This document shows positions 53,101-64,000 of a DNA stretch of 64,000 bases, one piece after another. The translations under genes were made by a program, and so were the position numbers. Each line of letters begins with the position of its first letter. Position 1 is the first letter of the stretch. Location of the stretch: NCBI RefSeq assembly GCF_023055435.1, contig NW_025963813.1, forward strand, positions 6,758,001 through 6,822,000, given 5' to 3'. The stretch comes from Haliotis rufescens (Eukaryota). The notes under the pieces are model-generated. The model was not told the DNA's origin. It was given only the letters and a program-made list of their open reading frames with translations, and made no database searches.

Positions 53101-56100
53101 AACCTGTGGCACCAGTATTGTCTACTGCTTGATATTCCCCACAACTGACCTGACTGACAGTGCCGATGGCGCACATGATCTGGGCTATCTGTGGCACCAG
53201 TTTTGTCTACTGGCGCACATGACCTGGGCTATCTGTGGCACCAGTTTTGTCTACTGGCGCCCATGATCTCGGCTATCTGTGGCACCAGTATTGTCTACTG
53301 CTTGATATTCCCCACTACTGACTGGACTGATGGTGCCGATGGCGCCCATGATCTGGGCAACCTGTGGCACCAGTATTGTCTACTGCTTGAAACTCCCCAA
53401 TACTGACCTGACTGATGGTGCCGATGGCGCCCATGATCTTGGCAACCTGTGGCACCAGTATTGTCTACTGCTTGAAACTCCCCAATACTGACCTGACTGA
53501 TGGTGCCGATGGCGCCCATGATCTTGGCAACCTGTGGCACCAGTATTGTCTACTGCTTGATATTCCCCACTACTGACCTGACTGATGGTGCCGATGGCAC
53601 CCATGATCTGGGCAACCTGTGGCACCAGTATTGTCTACTGCTTGATATTCCCCACTACTGACCTGACTGATGGTGCCGATGGCACCCATGATCTTGGCAA
53701 CCTGTGGCACCAGTATTGTCTACTGCTTGATATTCCCCACTACTGACCTGACTGATGGTGCCGATGGCACCCATGATCTGGGCAACCTGTGGTACCAGTA
53801 TTGTCTACTGCTTGATATTCCCCACTACTGACCTGACTGATGGTGCCGATGGCACCCATGATCTGGGCAACCTGTGGCACCAGTATTGTCTACTGCTTGA
53901 TATTCCCCACTACTGACCTGACTGATGGTGCCGATGGCACCCATGATCTGGGCAACCTGTGGCACCAGTATTGGCTGCTGATCTGCAACTTCCTCCAGCT
54001 TTGCACGATGCTCAACAAATGTTTTGGGTTTGTCAGTTGCCATGTCAACAAACATGAGCATCACCACAGCTCCCAGCATGTTGCTAGGGAACAGCTCACA
54101 GAACTTGGGAACATGTTCCTCTAAAAGCTGAGAATGAACAGAATAAAAGAGAAAGCATGTTTTAGACTATATTTTGAAAACTCGTCCAATGGAAAAGTCG
54201 TATATCGTGTAAAATTATATATTATCGACTTCCACAATCATGGAGAGGAGTGAGTATATACCTGATCAGAAATATTCCACAATGTGATGCAGGCATGAAA
54301 ATATGTCATGACACAATCTGAATAAATACTATACGATCTATATACAATGCACACATATACTGCTGTATGTAATATATGAATATTGTTTAATTGTTTGTTG
54401 TATCCACCTATTAATATTCCAGCAATATGACAGTGGAATATATATTGAATCACCAGGGCTCGAATAAGCAATATAAAACATGCACCAGTGCAAACTATTA
54501 TTGAAAATATACAACCTAATATTTAAGTCTACAAGGCAAAGTGCATGTCTAAATCTTTCAAATTTGTGGCTAACCCTTACTTGTCCATACAAAATCTGTC
54601 TTTGAACACACTCAGTACCCCTAAGCTTTATATACCATACTACGTCAACAAAACCTGTTATGTGTTATTTGCCATGTTTTTTGTTGTTGTTGTTGGGGGT
54701 TTTTTTTAGGGGGGCTTGACATCATCAAACAGTGGGTGCACATTCAACTCTCAGTCTGATAAATTTGTGGGACTAGTGTGCAACTTGGTTTTGTCTGGTG
54801 CAACTAGGTTTTTTTTATGTCAAAATCACCTGGTGCCTGTTGAATCAAGTTCCATAATAACCCTGACAACAGACATGGTAACTCTATCAGCATACATATA
54901 AGTGAAGACATCATGAAGCAAAAGAAGTCTTTAACCATGACAACAAAGATATTTCAGTGTAGACACATGACATCCATTTGCTGCTGCATCTACCTGGGGT
55001 TTCTTCTTGGCAATGGAACCAAAGACCTGGATGAGGGAAACTTTCTCGGAGGAGTCACACTTGTCCAGCAAGGCTACCAGGTCATCTACATGGTCGTCCA
55101 CCGGCACCGGGTTCTGGGCGTAGATCTGTGGCATCACCTGACTCATCTGGTAGTTACCTAGACACCACAGAGGGCATGTATCACACAAAGGTCATGTATC
55201 ACACATACAGGTCATGTATTACACATACAGGTCATGTATCACACATACAGGTCATGTATCACACATACAGGTCATGTATCACACATACAGGTCATGTATC
55301 ACACACACAGGTCATGTATCACACATACAGGTCATGTATTACACAGGTCATGTATCACGCACAGATGTCATGTATCACACACAGAGGTCATGTATCACAC
55401 AGGTCATGTATCACACACAGAGGTCATGTATCACACACAGAGGTCATGTATCACACATACAGGTCATGTATCACACATACAGGTCATGTATCACACACAG
55501 AGGTCATGTATCACACATACAGGTCATGTATCACACATACAGGTCATGTATCACACATACAGGTCATGTATCACATGTAGAGGTCATGTATTATACACAG
55601 AGGTCATGTATTACACACAGGTCATGAATCACACACACAGGTCATGAATTACACACAAAGGTCATGTATCACACTGGTCATGTATCACACACAGAGGTCA
55701 TGTATAACACACAGGTCATGTATCACACACAGAGGTCATGTATAACAAACTGAGGTCATGTATTACACACACAGGTCATGTATCACACAGGTCATGTACC
55801 ACACATAAGTCATGTATTACACACACAGGTCATGTATTACACACAGGTCATGTATCAAACACACAGGTCATGTATCACACACAAGTCATGTATCACACAG
55901 GTCATGTATCACACACAAGTCATGTATCACACAGGTTATGTATCACACACACAGGTCATGTATCACACACAAGTCATGTATTACACACACAGGTCATGTT
56001 TTACACACAGGTCATGTATTACACACACAGGTCATGTATCACACACAAGTCATGTATTACACACACAGGTCATGTATTACACACAGGTCATGTATCACAC

Positions 56101-59100
56101 ACAGAGGTCATGTATTACACACACAGGTCATGTTTCACACACACAGGTCATGTATCACACATAGAGGTCATGTATCACACACACAGGTCATGTATTACAC
56201 AGGTCATGTATGACACACACAGGTTATGTATTACACACAGGTCATGTATCACACACACAGGTCATGTATTACACACAGAAGTCATGTATTACAGAGGTCA
56301 TGTATTACACACAGAGGTCATGTATTACACACAGAGGTCATGTATTACACACAGGTCATGTATCACACACACAGGTCATGTATCACACACACACACGGGT
56401 CACATATCACACATAGGTCATGTATTTCACGTAGGACACTACAGCCACCTACCACACAGGACACTACAGATACATGCCCCACAGGATACTACAGCCACCT
56501 ACCCCACAGGATACTACAGCCACCTACCCCACAGGACACTACAGCATCCTACTCCACATGACACTACAGACTCCTTCTCCACAGGACACCACAGCCACCT
56601 ACCCCACAGGACACTACAGCCACCTACCCCACAGGACACTACAGCCACCTACCCCACAGGACACTACAGCCACCTACCCCACAGGATACTACAGCCACCT
56701 ACCCCACAGGACAGTACAGCCACCTACCCCACAGGATACTACAGCCACCTGCCCCACAGGACACTACAGCATCCTACTCCACATGACACTACAGACTCCT
56801 TCTCCACAGGACACCACAGCCACCTACCCCACAGGACACTACAGCCACCTACCCCACAGGACACTACAGCCACCTACCCCACAGGACACTACAGCCACCT
56901 ACCCCACAGGACAGTACAGCCACCTACCCCACAGGATACTACAGCCACCTACCCCACAGGACAGTACAGCCACCTACCCCACAGGACAGTACAGCCACCT
57001 ACCCCACAGGATACTACAGCCACCTGCCCCACAGGACACTACAGCCACCTACCCCACAGGATACTACAGCCACCTGCCCCACAGGACACTACAGCCACCT
57101 ACCCCACAGGACACTGCAGCTACCTACCCCACAGGACACTACAGCCACCTACCCCACAGGACACTACAGCATCCTACTCCACAGCACGCTACAGCTACTT
57201 ACCATGCAGGACTCTACAGCCACCTACCCCACACAGCACTAGTCACCTACCCCACAGCACGCTACAGCTACCTACCACGCAGGACACTAACTACGATGAG
57301 GGCCATGTGTTTAGCCAAGAGGTCAGCATTGTCGATGGTGGCAAGGGAGAGGTAGCTGGACACATTCCGTGAAAGGTCTTTATTCTCACAGTCCAGGAAC
57401 TGCACCACTGCCGGGATAGCCAGCGTCATCACACACTGCTTGTTGTAGTGCTGCAAACAGAGAGACACCAATGGTCATCTTCAGAGTAGGACAGTGGTCA
57501 CTAATCAATGGTCACCAGATTAATGTTGGATGAAAACATAAAGGTCTCTGGATTAATTCAGGTTAATGTCAAAGACTTTCATCACTTTGCATTAAAAGCT
57601 ATTTTAGAACTTCTAGGAAACACTGTTGCAAACTGTTTTGTTGTCGTTCAGTTCATTTGCATAATTGTCTTAAATTTAGCATAATATAAGACGTAATTAC
57701 GATAAAATGGTGGCTGCAACAGGGTGTTGCAATGGCTGCCACAATCAAAATCAGGGTACATCAAACATTTGGTGTTTAAAACTAAGGGTGGTCCAAGGGT
57801 CCTTCAGATTTGCTCCCATAGACTTTCATTGGACTCTATTGTAAATTTGGGGTTGTTATCAGAACACATCAGTCACAAGTTTAACTTTGGGGTTGTTTTC
57901 AGAATGCATCAGACTCATTCATAAATTTGGGGTTGTTATCATAACATATTAGCCTCAAGTGTAAATTTCCTTCTTTAATAGGCATTTAGAGGTTGGAGTA
58001 CTAAGAAAGGATAAGAATCTATGGATGAACACCGTTATCAAGCAAGTGATAGACAGAGTGTCGTTGACAAGTACATATACAAGTAGGAGGCAATGTTTAT
58101 ACAGTAGAGTAGATATTGTTATACTGGAGTAGAGAAGCCTGTTATACATACACAAGGGTTGTGATGACAATCATCGGTGAAGTCAGTGACATAAACAAAC
58201 CTAACCTAACCTAACCCTAACACTAACATAACCATGTTAACAGAACCTAACAATAAGGATTAAATTGTAAATTTGGGGTTGAACATCAGAACATGACGAT
58301 AATGTAATTCAAAAGGATTTAGTAGTGCTGAATATGACAGTGTTTGAAGTTAAGGGGTCCTGTGGTCTTTGAGATCCTCTGCTACAGAGATCCCCGAAAT
58401 CTTTTAACGTTAGGTTTATCACAAGGACCCTTGACTTCCATGCTTAACTCCCACCACAGTACAGGACTATTCCTACCATGAAGAGACAGCTCATGACGTC
58501 AGAGGCTATCTTGACGTGGGGTGGGTCTTCCTCCTTCTTGGCGGGGGTGAGGTTGTGTGTGTGGCACATCTCCAGGAGACGCACCAGGGACTTGACATGC
58601 TTCTCTATACTAGACGTCTCCCTGTTTTGACAGGAGGTGCAAATGAGTCAGTGACGTTTATTGCATCTTTGAAATGTTTTCAGTCATATGACCACGATCA
58701 CAGCATGTAACACCACTTTTTAGTTATCAGTCAGGGTGGCCTCTTTTGGATGCGGATTTTCAATTCCTACTACAGGAGACGTTTTTTTGCTTTCAGGGGC
58801 AAAGTCACTGAAGCGCGTGAAAAAGGTTGGTTGGTTGGTTTGTTGTTTAACGCCGCACTCAGCAATATTCCAGCTATATGACAGCCGTCTGTAAATAATC
58901 GAGTCTGGACCAGACAATCCAGTGATTGACATCATAAGCATCGATCAACGCAATTGGGATCAATAACATGCACCAACCACGTCAGCGAGCCTGACCACAT
59001 GAAAAAGGACCTTGAATATCCTGCGTATTGGTGTCACTTCAACGTCAGCGCTTGGTTGATTCCCGGCCTTCATTACCACCAGGAGGCTCTTTAGGTGGCC

Positions 59101-60920
59101 GCAGCCTGTGTGGTTAGCGGCTGAAGCGGATACATGAGAAGAAGACGTGTGTACTTGAATGTGTGTGATTTAAAACTGACGTGTTGCACTATCAGGATTG
59201 TTTGTTTGAAAATTATTAATATATATATACATACATGTATACATGGTATATGGTTATATCATGGCATGTCAGCTTAATATGGGAGGAAAGTCCAAAGTGA
59301 GTGAGTGAGTGAGTGAGTGAGTGAGTGAGTCTGGTTTTACGCCGCTTTTAGCAATATTCCAGCAATATCACGGCGGGGGACACCAGAAATGGGCTTCACA
59401 CATTGTACCCATGTCGGGAATCGAACCCGGGTCTTCGGCTTGACGAGCGAACGCTTTAACCACTAGGCTACCCGACCGCCCCAAGTCCAAAGTGATGCAG
59501 GTCTCAGATGTTTACTACATTGGTGAAACCAACGAGCAAAGGTATGGTGCTGACAAACCTAGAAACTGAATCAGTTGTGGTTATATTACAGTTACAAAAG
59601 ATGGGATATAGATGGACACAAACATATGGCATAGAGGGCACTGTGAATGTTATGATACATAAAGACAACAGGGAAATACCAGACAATCGGTTGAACAGTT
59701 TGTTTTTTTATCACATGTTTTTACACCATCATAACTTGTAAAGTAATGTGCTGAATGTATTGTGATACAAGGGTTCCAAATCAATCCACTGTAAACTACG
59801 TTAATTACGAACACGATTATACCGAACTGACGGATATAACTAACTGTTTTTGAGTCCCGTCCATTTCCAGCAAAAAGTCTGTATATGTGCCTATAACGAA
59901 CTACGGTTATAACAAACTAAAATTAATGGCCCCTTTTTGTTCGTTATAACCGTAGTTTACTGTATTGTATCGAGGGCCTTGTTTGGGGTTACAATACTTT
60001 ATTGCTGTATCTTTACACACAGCCAACACATCGGAGTCTGTTTCATCATGCTAATACCCCTTTTCACTACAACCACGAATATCGTGGAGCACTCTGAATC
60101 GGAAACTTTCGAAATTTGTGATGATTTGGCCAATAATGCCAACTTTCATGCCTAATTGGGTTGAAAAATATGAAGAGTGCCAGGAATGGGTTAAGAAACA
60201 TGTACCAATTACAAGATCCATGTACAGATCATGCACGAATTGTAAGAATCACCTACGACTAAGTTACGAATATGCTGAATGTTGTTCTTACTTAATTCTT
60301 ACATGATTCGTAGTTGACTCGGGACATTCATGGCTGTTTTGGGGTGTTTTCGGGTTGAGGTCAAGAAATGTTTGTAGCCACGAATCGCTAAGAATAGCCA
60401 AGAATGCAAACGAATCAATTACGAAGCTGTTTCGGTACATAAGAATTAATTACAAATAGATTACGATACAGCCATGAAATTGCAATTCGTGGACCCTTCC
60501 ACAAACAAAAACTTTCTCGCCAATTCGACAAACTCCAACGAACTGTACAAATATTTGGGCATCAAAAAAGATTCATTTAAGAACTTCAAGAAATGATTGA
60601 GATTTATCTACGAACATGAAAATTTGCCTATTCGGGGTGATTCGGGATATTCATGGTCGTAGTGAAATAAGGGCATAATCAAACTAACAGTGCTTGATTA
60701 TCCTTGCCTACCTGATGGCTGTCGTGATCCTGGTGATGCAGATCTCCACCACGCTCTGATCGTTATCGTTGCTGTCATAGTCGGCAGTATCAGCAATGTC
60801 ATGTATGCGGTCAATGATGTCCGAGAGGTCGGCTTCTATGTCCTTATCCTCCAAAGAGAACAGCTCCCCTGCTTTAGACAGATCCTTCTGGTTAAGGACT
60901 TCGGCAAAAAGCTTGTGCAT
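37969..60920 (-). CDS. VEPH1: VEPH1/melted orthologue (ventricular zone-expressed PH-domain protein); 14 coding exons, 2286 nt, ~761 aa
   Basis: N-terminus [23 protein letters not shown]...[20 protein letters not shown] is characteristic of VEPH1/Melted. C-terminal PH domain [25 protein letters not shown]...FEIFT...EQWVQCL. All junctions are GT-AG and phase-consistent. Confidence 0.95.
39304..39408 (-). CDS. VEPH1: VEPH1 exon 13 (PH domain start)
   Basis: [35 protein letters not shown]. Confidence 0.94.
40399..40548 (-). CDS. VEPH1: VEPH1 exon 12
   Basis: [19 protein letters not shown]...[11 protein letters not shown]...PVIA. Confidence 0.92.
40902..41296 (+). mobile_element. Non-autonomous Helentron/HINE (DINE-1/pearl-like) element
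   Basis: AACAA start, TATATCCCCC near both ends, GACG/GACA microsatellite, 3' hairpin CCCCCACCAAC..GTTGGGTGGGGG followed by ATAATAA. Confidence 0.7.
42010..42144 (-). CDS. VEPH1: VEPH1 exon 11
   Basis: [11 protein letters not shown]...LKRCWDALK...[13 protein letters not shown]. Confidence 0.9.
42227..42490 (-). mobile_element. Family-C SINE-like element (full length, within a cluster of SINE fragments)
   Basis: Reverse family-C consensus with complete GACCCGTGAAGATCC head. Confidence 0.87.
42607..42877 (-). mobile_element. Family-B SINE
   Basis: Reverse copy; GGTAACACTG duplication. Confidence 0.85.
42996..43155 (+). mobile_element. Family-A SINE
   Basis: 15-bp TSD ACTCAAAATGCGAAC. Confidence 0.9.
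43323..43459 (-). CDS. VEPH1: VEPH1 exon 10
   Basis: [12 protein letters not shown]...CLY...[13 protein letters not shown]. Confidence 0.9.
43577..43864 (+). mobile_element. Family-B SINE (tRNA-Leu-like head)
   Basis: TGGCCCAGTCGTCTAAGGCGCC..GTGGGTTCCAATCCC; TSD TCAATCTTCGATAGGG. Confidence 0.9.
44695..44812 (-). CDS. VEPH1: VEPH1 exon 9
   Basis: [20 protein letters not shown]...[11 protein letters not shown]. Confidence 0.9.
45928..46045 (-). CDS. VEPH1: VEPH1 exon 8 (Ser-rich linker)
   Basis: [16 protein letters not shown]...QNQS; phase 2-0; donor GTGAGT. Confidence 0.75.
47616..48172. mobile_element. MITE with ~70-bp TIRs (same family as 35071-35615)
   Basis: Terminal inverted repeats and colinear internal similarity. 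Confidence 0.87.
48596..48769 (-). CDS. VEPH1: VEPH1 exon 7 (low-complexity linker)
   Basis: [12 protein letters not shown]...AKSS; phase 2-2 fits its neighbours; donor GTGAGT. Confidence 0.78.
49380..49908 (-). mobile_element. Adjacent family-C (49380-49625) and family-B (49631-49908) SINEs
   Basis: Reverse matches to both consensus sequences. Confidence 0.82.
50586..50800 (-). CDS. VEPH1: VEPH1 exon 6
   Basis: [14 protein letters not shown]...ILQEIRGI...EDLKK. Confidence 0.88.
51700..53972. repeat. 85-bp tandem array (plus ~45-bp truncated units) derived from the VEPH1 exon-5 end and donor site
   Basis: Period 85 (53768/53853/53938); the unit is contiguous with and near-identical to the exon 5 3' end. 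Confidence 0.96.
53918..54127 (-). CDS. VEPH1: VEPH1 exon 5
   Basis: [10 protein letters not shown]...[14 protein letters not shown]; 210 nt, phase 0-0. Confidence 0.88.
54994..55157 (-). CDS. VEPH1: VEPH1 exon 4
   Basis: [12 protein letters not shown]...AKKKPQ. Confidence 0.9.
55170..56430. repeat. ~18-22-bp tandem array (ACACACAGGTCATGTATC) abutting the exon-4 acceptor
   Basis: Direct inspection. Confidence 0.96.
56432..57289. repeat. 25-bp tandem array (~33 units) derived from the exon-3 donor junction
   Basis: Unit CAGCCACCTACCCCACAGGACACTA versus the real junction CAGCTACCTAC|CACGCAGGACACTA. Confidence 0.95.
57276..57450 (-). CDS. VEPH1: VEPH1 exon 3
   Basis: [19 protein letters not shown]...[10 protein letters not shown]...ADLLAKH...VLRG. 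Confidence 0.92.
58477..58621 (-). CDS. VEPH1: VEPH1 exon 2
   Basis: [13 protein letters not shown]...[17 protein letters not shown]. Confidence 0.92.
58825..59000 (-). mobile_element. Family-C SINE-like element, 5'-truncated
   Basis: Reverse body and tail; flanked by GTGAAAAAGG/ATGAAAAAGG. Confidence 0.82.
59298..59482 (-). mobile_element. Young family-A SINE nested in a family-B SINE
   Basis: 13-bp TSD AAGTCCAAAGTGA at 59288-59300 and 59483-59495. Confidence 0.92.
59787..59964. mobile_element. Short Tc1/mariner-like MITE
   Basis: CACTGTAAACTACGTTAATTACGAAC ... GTTCGTTATAACCGTAGTTTACTGTA imperfect TIRs. Confidence 0.55.
60054..60676. mobile_element. TIR element with internal ACGAA/TTCGT motifs (possibly PIF/Harbinger-related MITE)
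   Basis: ATACCCCTTTTCACTACAACCACGAATATC versus GATATTCATGGTCGTAGTGAAATAAGGGCAT. Confidence 0.7.
60712..60920 (-). CDS. VEPH1: VEPH1 coding exon 1
   Basis: MHKLF...ITTAIR; donor GTAGGC; upstream acceptor CAG at 60931-60929. Confidence 0.93.
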
Positions 60921-61536
60921 TTTGCCATCTGAAGCAAAAAGAAGTTTTCAATTTTTATTTGTTTGACCAAAGTCAAGAAAGAAAATCCAGAAATTTCAAT
61001 TTGCAATGAAATCTATTGAGAGTCCCTGCAAATCCTCGTGTTGTGTGGGGAGCACAAGTACACTGAACATTCCAGGAGGACTATTTCCTGCCTAACTGTA
61101 GATACTGTCAGAGTCCACATTTCGTTCCACGATTCAAACTAATGTTTATCACACGACACCTTGGCCTCCATTCTGTAGCAGTTGAAAACCCTGTTAGTAA
61201 ACTTGTTGGAATTGTGAATTGGGCGGAGCCTAGGTCTTCTCTCATTAGTCTTAACAATGCTTAACCAGAAACCACCCCATTTTGTTTGTTTGGCGTTTAA
61301 TGCTGCATTCAGTGATATTCTAGCAATAAGACAGCAGTCTGAAAATAATTATCTCAACTCAGGCCTCAAAGTTGCAACTTCTTTGGTCGCCATGGCATTG
61401 ACATTTCCTCTTGGCAACCAATATTATTTAAGTCGTCGCCACTTGGCTACTTGGCAAAATCATCCCGCATAATATTAGAGACAGAATAACAATACATTAA
61501 TAAATACTGATTGACTGAACTCAAATTTCATAATAT

Positions 61537-61708
61537 GAGTAAGTGAGTGAGTGAGTATGTTTTTACGCCGCTTTTAGCAATATTCTAGCAATATCACGGA
61601 GGGGGACACCAGAAATGGGCTTCACACATTGTACCCATGTCGGGAATCGAATCCTGGTCTTCGGCGTGACGAGCTAATACTTTAACCACAAGGCTACCCG
61701 TTTGCCCC
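61537..61708 (-). mobile_element. Family-A SINE nested in a CAGG-ended MITE (~61360-61968)
   Basis: TSD TTCATAATATG. Confidence 0.85.
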
Positions 61709-63547
61709 TTCATAATATGGTGTGTGAGGTAAAAAAACAATTGATAATCTTGTCAAGTATTTACAACAACATAAATAACAACAAAGCTTGTTAAATCAAA
61801 GGTAGATATCAGTATTTGATATGCTTTAACAGTATTATACATTACTGACAACAATCTTAATGTTTTGCTCCTTAATTTTTCACATGACTTCTTGAAGTTC
61901 ACAATAGCTCCCTGAAAACAATATTAGGAGCCAATGGCTCCTTGGGAAAAATGTATACTTTGAGGCCGGTCAAACAGTCACTCCAGTGATTGACACTTGA
62001 GCAATGGCACATGCAATATGGACACGATAACATGCAATCAACCAAGTCACAGTCTGATCGTCCAATCCATTTGGTCACCTCTTAAACCAAGCAATGAAGC
62101 AGAGGTGCTGGGAGTCTGTACCCGATATTCTTATCCGGAATCCCAAACAGCCATGTACAGCACAACACAATACAGTACAGCAAGGATAATTGGATCCAGC
62201 AGATCCAATAGAGCCCCTCAACAGGCTTACTTACAATATCGGGGCTCGAAGTTCACTGAAATAGTCTCTTTCTTTCTTTGTTGTATTACGCTGCACTCAG
62301 CAATATCCCATGCATATTTAATGCAGAATGCCTCTGGCATACTTTATGAACATATTCTGTGCTCAAAAGACCGCCATTTGTGACAATTAAGCCCCTTGTT
62401 ACAATAAAAATTCTACCACTTACAACACAGATAATTGTCAAGGGAGGCTATTCATGTTTGGCTTCAAGATCAACAAAGATCGATTATGTATCGCTTTACT
62501 CGTTTACAACGGTAAATTCATGTTTTTTATTAAAAGGTGATGATAACAAATAAAATAACTGACAACGTGGCTATCGGCAGGAAAAAAAATAATGGAAATA
62601 TGATATATTTTTTTTACATTTTCTCATAAATTACAGTCAGCAGGTCCGTATTCCGAAAAATATAAAACGCCTGGCCTTAATTATAAAAATGTTGTTACCA
62701 TGGTAAGCATGGTGAAATTAATCATTTATTACTGGTACTTAATGTAACCTTGACCCAGCACCTGAGGAATACATATTGTTTGAATTGTATTTCAAACTTG
62801 CTATGTCTGTACATGACAATATCTCCCTACATGTTATTTGTGTTAATGGGAAACAACACTTGAACTTTGAAAGTATTGAAATGTGGCTCAGCTTTTTCTT
62901 CGCGGATTCAAAATTTGCCTTGTGTTCGGCGCCAAAGAATGAGAAGCCTCACATCATAACAAAGGATATAGAATAAAGACTTGCAGCCAAACTGACATGT
63001 GTTTTTGTTGTTGATTAATGCATACAAGACTTAAAAGGGTGAAGCTAATGGTCAACATCATATTATGCGGAGTAAGACACTACATAGTATCCCTTCAGGG
63101 AATTCAGGTGAACGAACAGGTAATAACAAACTTGGTCAATAAAAATGTGAAAAATTTGAGATCAATTATCACTAGGCATGATGACTTAAATTGTATTTTC
63201 CGTTCTGTTAAGCATTGTTATATACACAGATGCCACTGATTGATATACCCCTGACACTGAGCGTTGTACCTCCAGCGTAATGCTGCATACTTACTCAGTC
63301 TTTAGCTGTCACCTCAACATTCCACATAAAAACACAACACATGTGTTTCCTTCAAGCCTGTACTACCTCGAATGCTCATACTGACAAAAACCCTGGTGTA
63401 CCTCAGCCGATACAGGGTAGAACTCACAAATCAATGGAGCACTGCTGAAGTGCACTCTCAAACGCAGGGGTGAACATAATTGAATTATTTTGCACAGGTA
63501 ATCTGAGTGATTCTAGCACTAATTATACTCGTAACAGAGTCGTTAGT

Positions 63548-63795
63548 TCGTTTGATTTGTTGTTTAACTCCGCACTCAGCAATATTCCAGCTGTATGACG
63601 GTGGTCTGTAAATAATCGAGTTTGGACCACACAATTCAGTGATGGACATCATAAGCATCGATCCACGCAATTGGGATACGATGACATGCATCAACCAGTC
63701 AGCGAGTCTAACCACCGGATGCCGTTAGTTGCCTCTTACGACAAGCATAGTCACGTTTTACGGCAAGCATGGGTTGCTGAAGACCTATTCTACCT
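63548..63795 (-). mobile_element. Family-C SINE-like element
   Basis: Reverse family-C consensus. Confidence 0.85.
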
Positions 63796-64000
63796 CGTAG
63801 TCATTAACTGAGCATCAAGTGAATGATGACAATTAGAGGTGCCGGGTTTATACAAGCATGCATGACCAGAAGGGAGTAGTAATAGTTGAGTAGTAATATG
63901 CCTATGTTTTGAGTATATGAACTGAACTTCTTTGTTGTAAAAGTAATATGTACACATATTTGCTGTATACTAAACATACATACATACATATTTACACATG

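Noticed and set aside
51700-53972. CRISPR-like appearance of regular repeats (also 7245-9220 and 19168-20725)
   Set aside because: No unique spacers, no cas genes, eukaryotic context.
55128-57372. Plus-strand ORFs of up to 544 aa rich in H/T/P/Y
   Set aside because: Translations of intronic tandem repeats antisense to VEPH1.
58195-58235. Telomere-like CCTAA/CCCTAA run
   Set aside because: Only a few imperfect units inside an intron.
62226-63295. GTAAGT donors on the minus strand (~62230, ~63294) as VEPH1 5' UTR exon ends
   Set aside because: Plausible but unsupported without transcript data.

Overview
AT-rich animal genomic DNA with GT-AG introns. The repeat landscape suggests a mollusc, probably an abalone-like gastropod (inference). 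Three main components. (1) 1-9685: the right-hand ~9.7 kb of an apparently intact EnSpm/CACTA (CMC-superfamily) DNA transposon. It carries a C2H2-finger DDE transposase ORF, a second 5-exon gene (SAM-like N-terminus, SAMD3-like C-terminus), an internal 33-bp satellite, a 30-bp subterminal inverted repeat and a ...CAGTG terminus abutting the 3' half of a SINE. (2) 9.7-37.9 kb: intergenic or UTR sequence with SINEs, MITEs, two inverted AcademX-like relics, an I-group LINE relic and several minisatellites. (3) 37969-60920 (minus strand): a 14-coding-exon VEPH1/melted orthologue (~761 aa, C-terminal PH domain), assembled by hand with all phases consistent. The most unusual signals are intronic tandem arrays built from amplified copies of the gene's own splice junctions, and an abundant SINE-like family whose head is a predicted pseudoknotted RNA rather than a tRNA. 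No database search or folding program was run; family assignments rest on recognised motifs.
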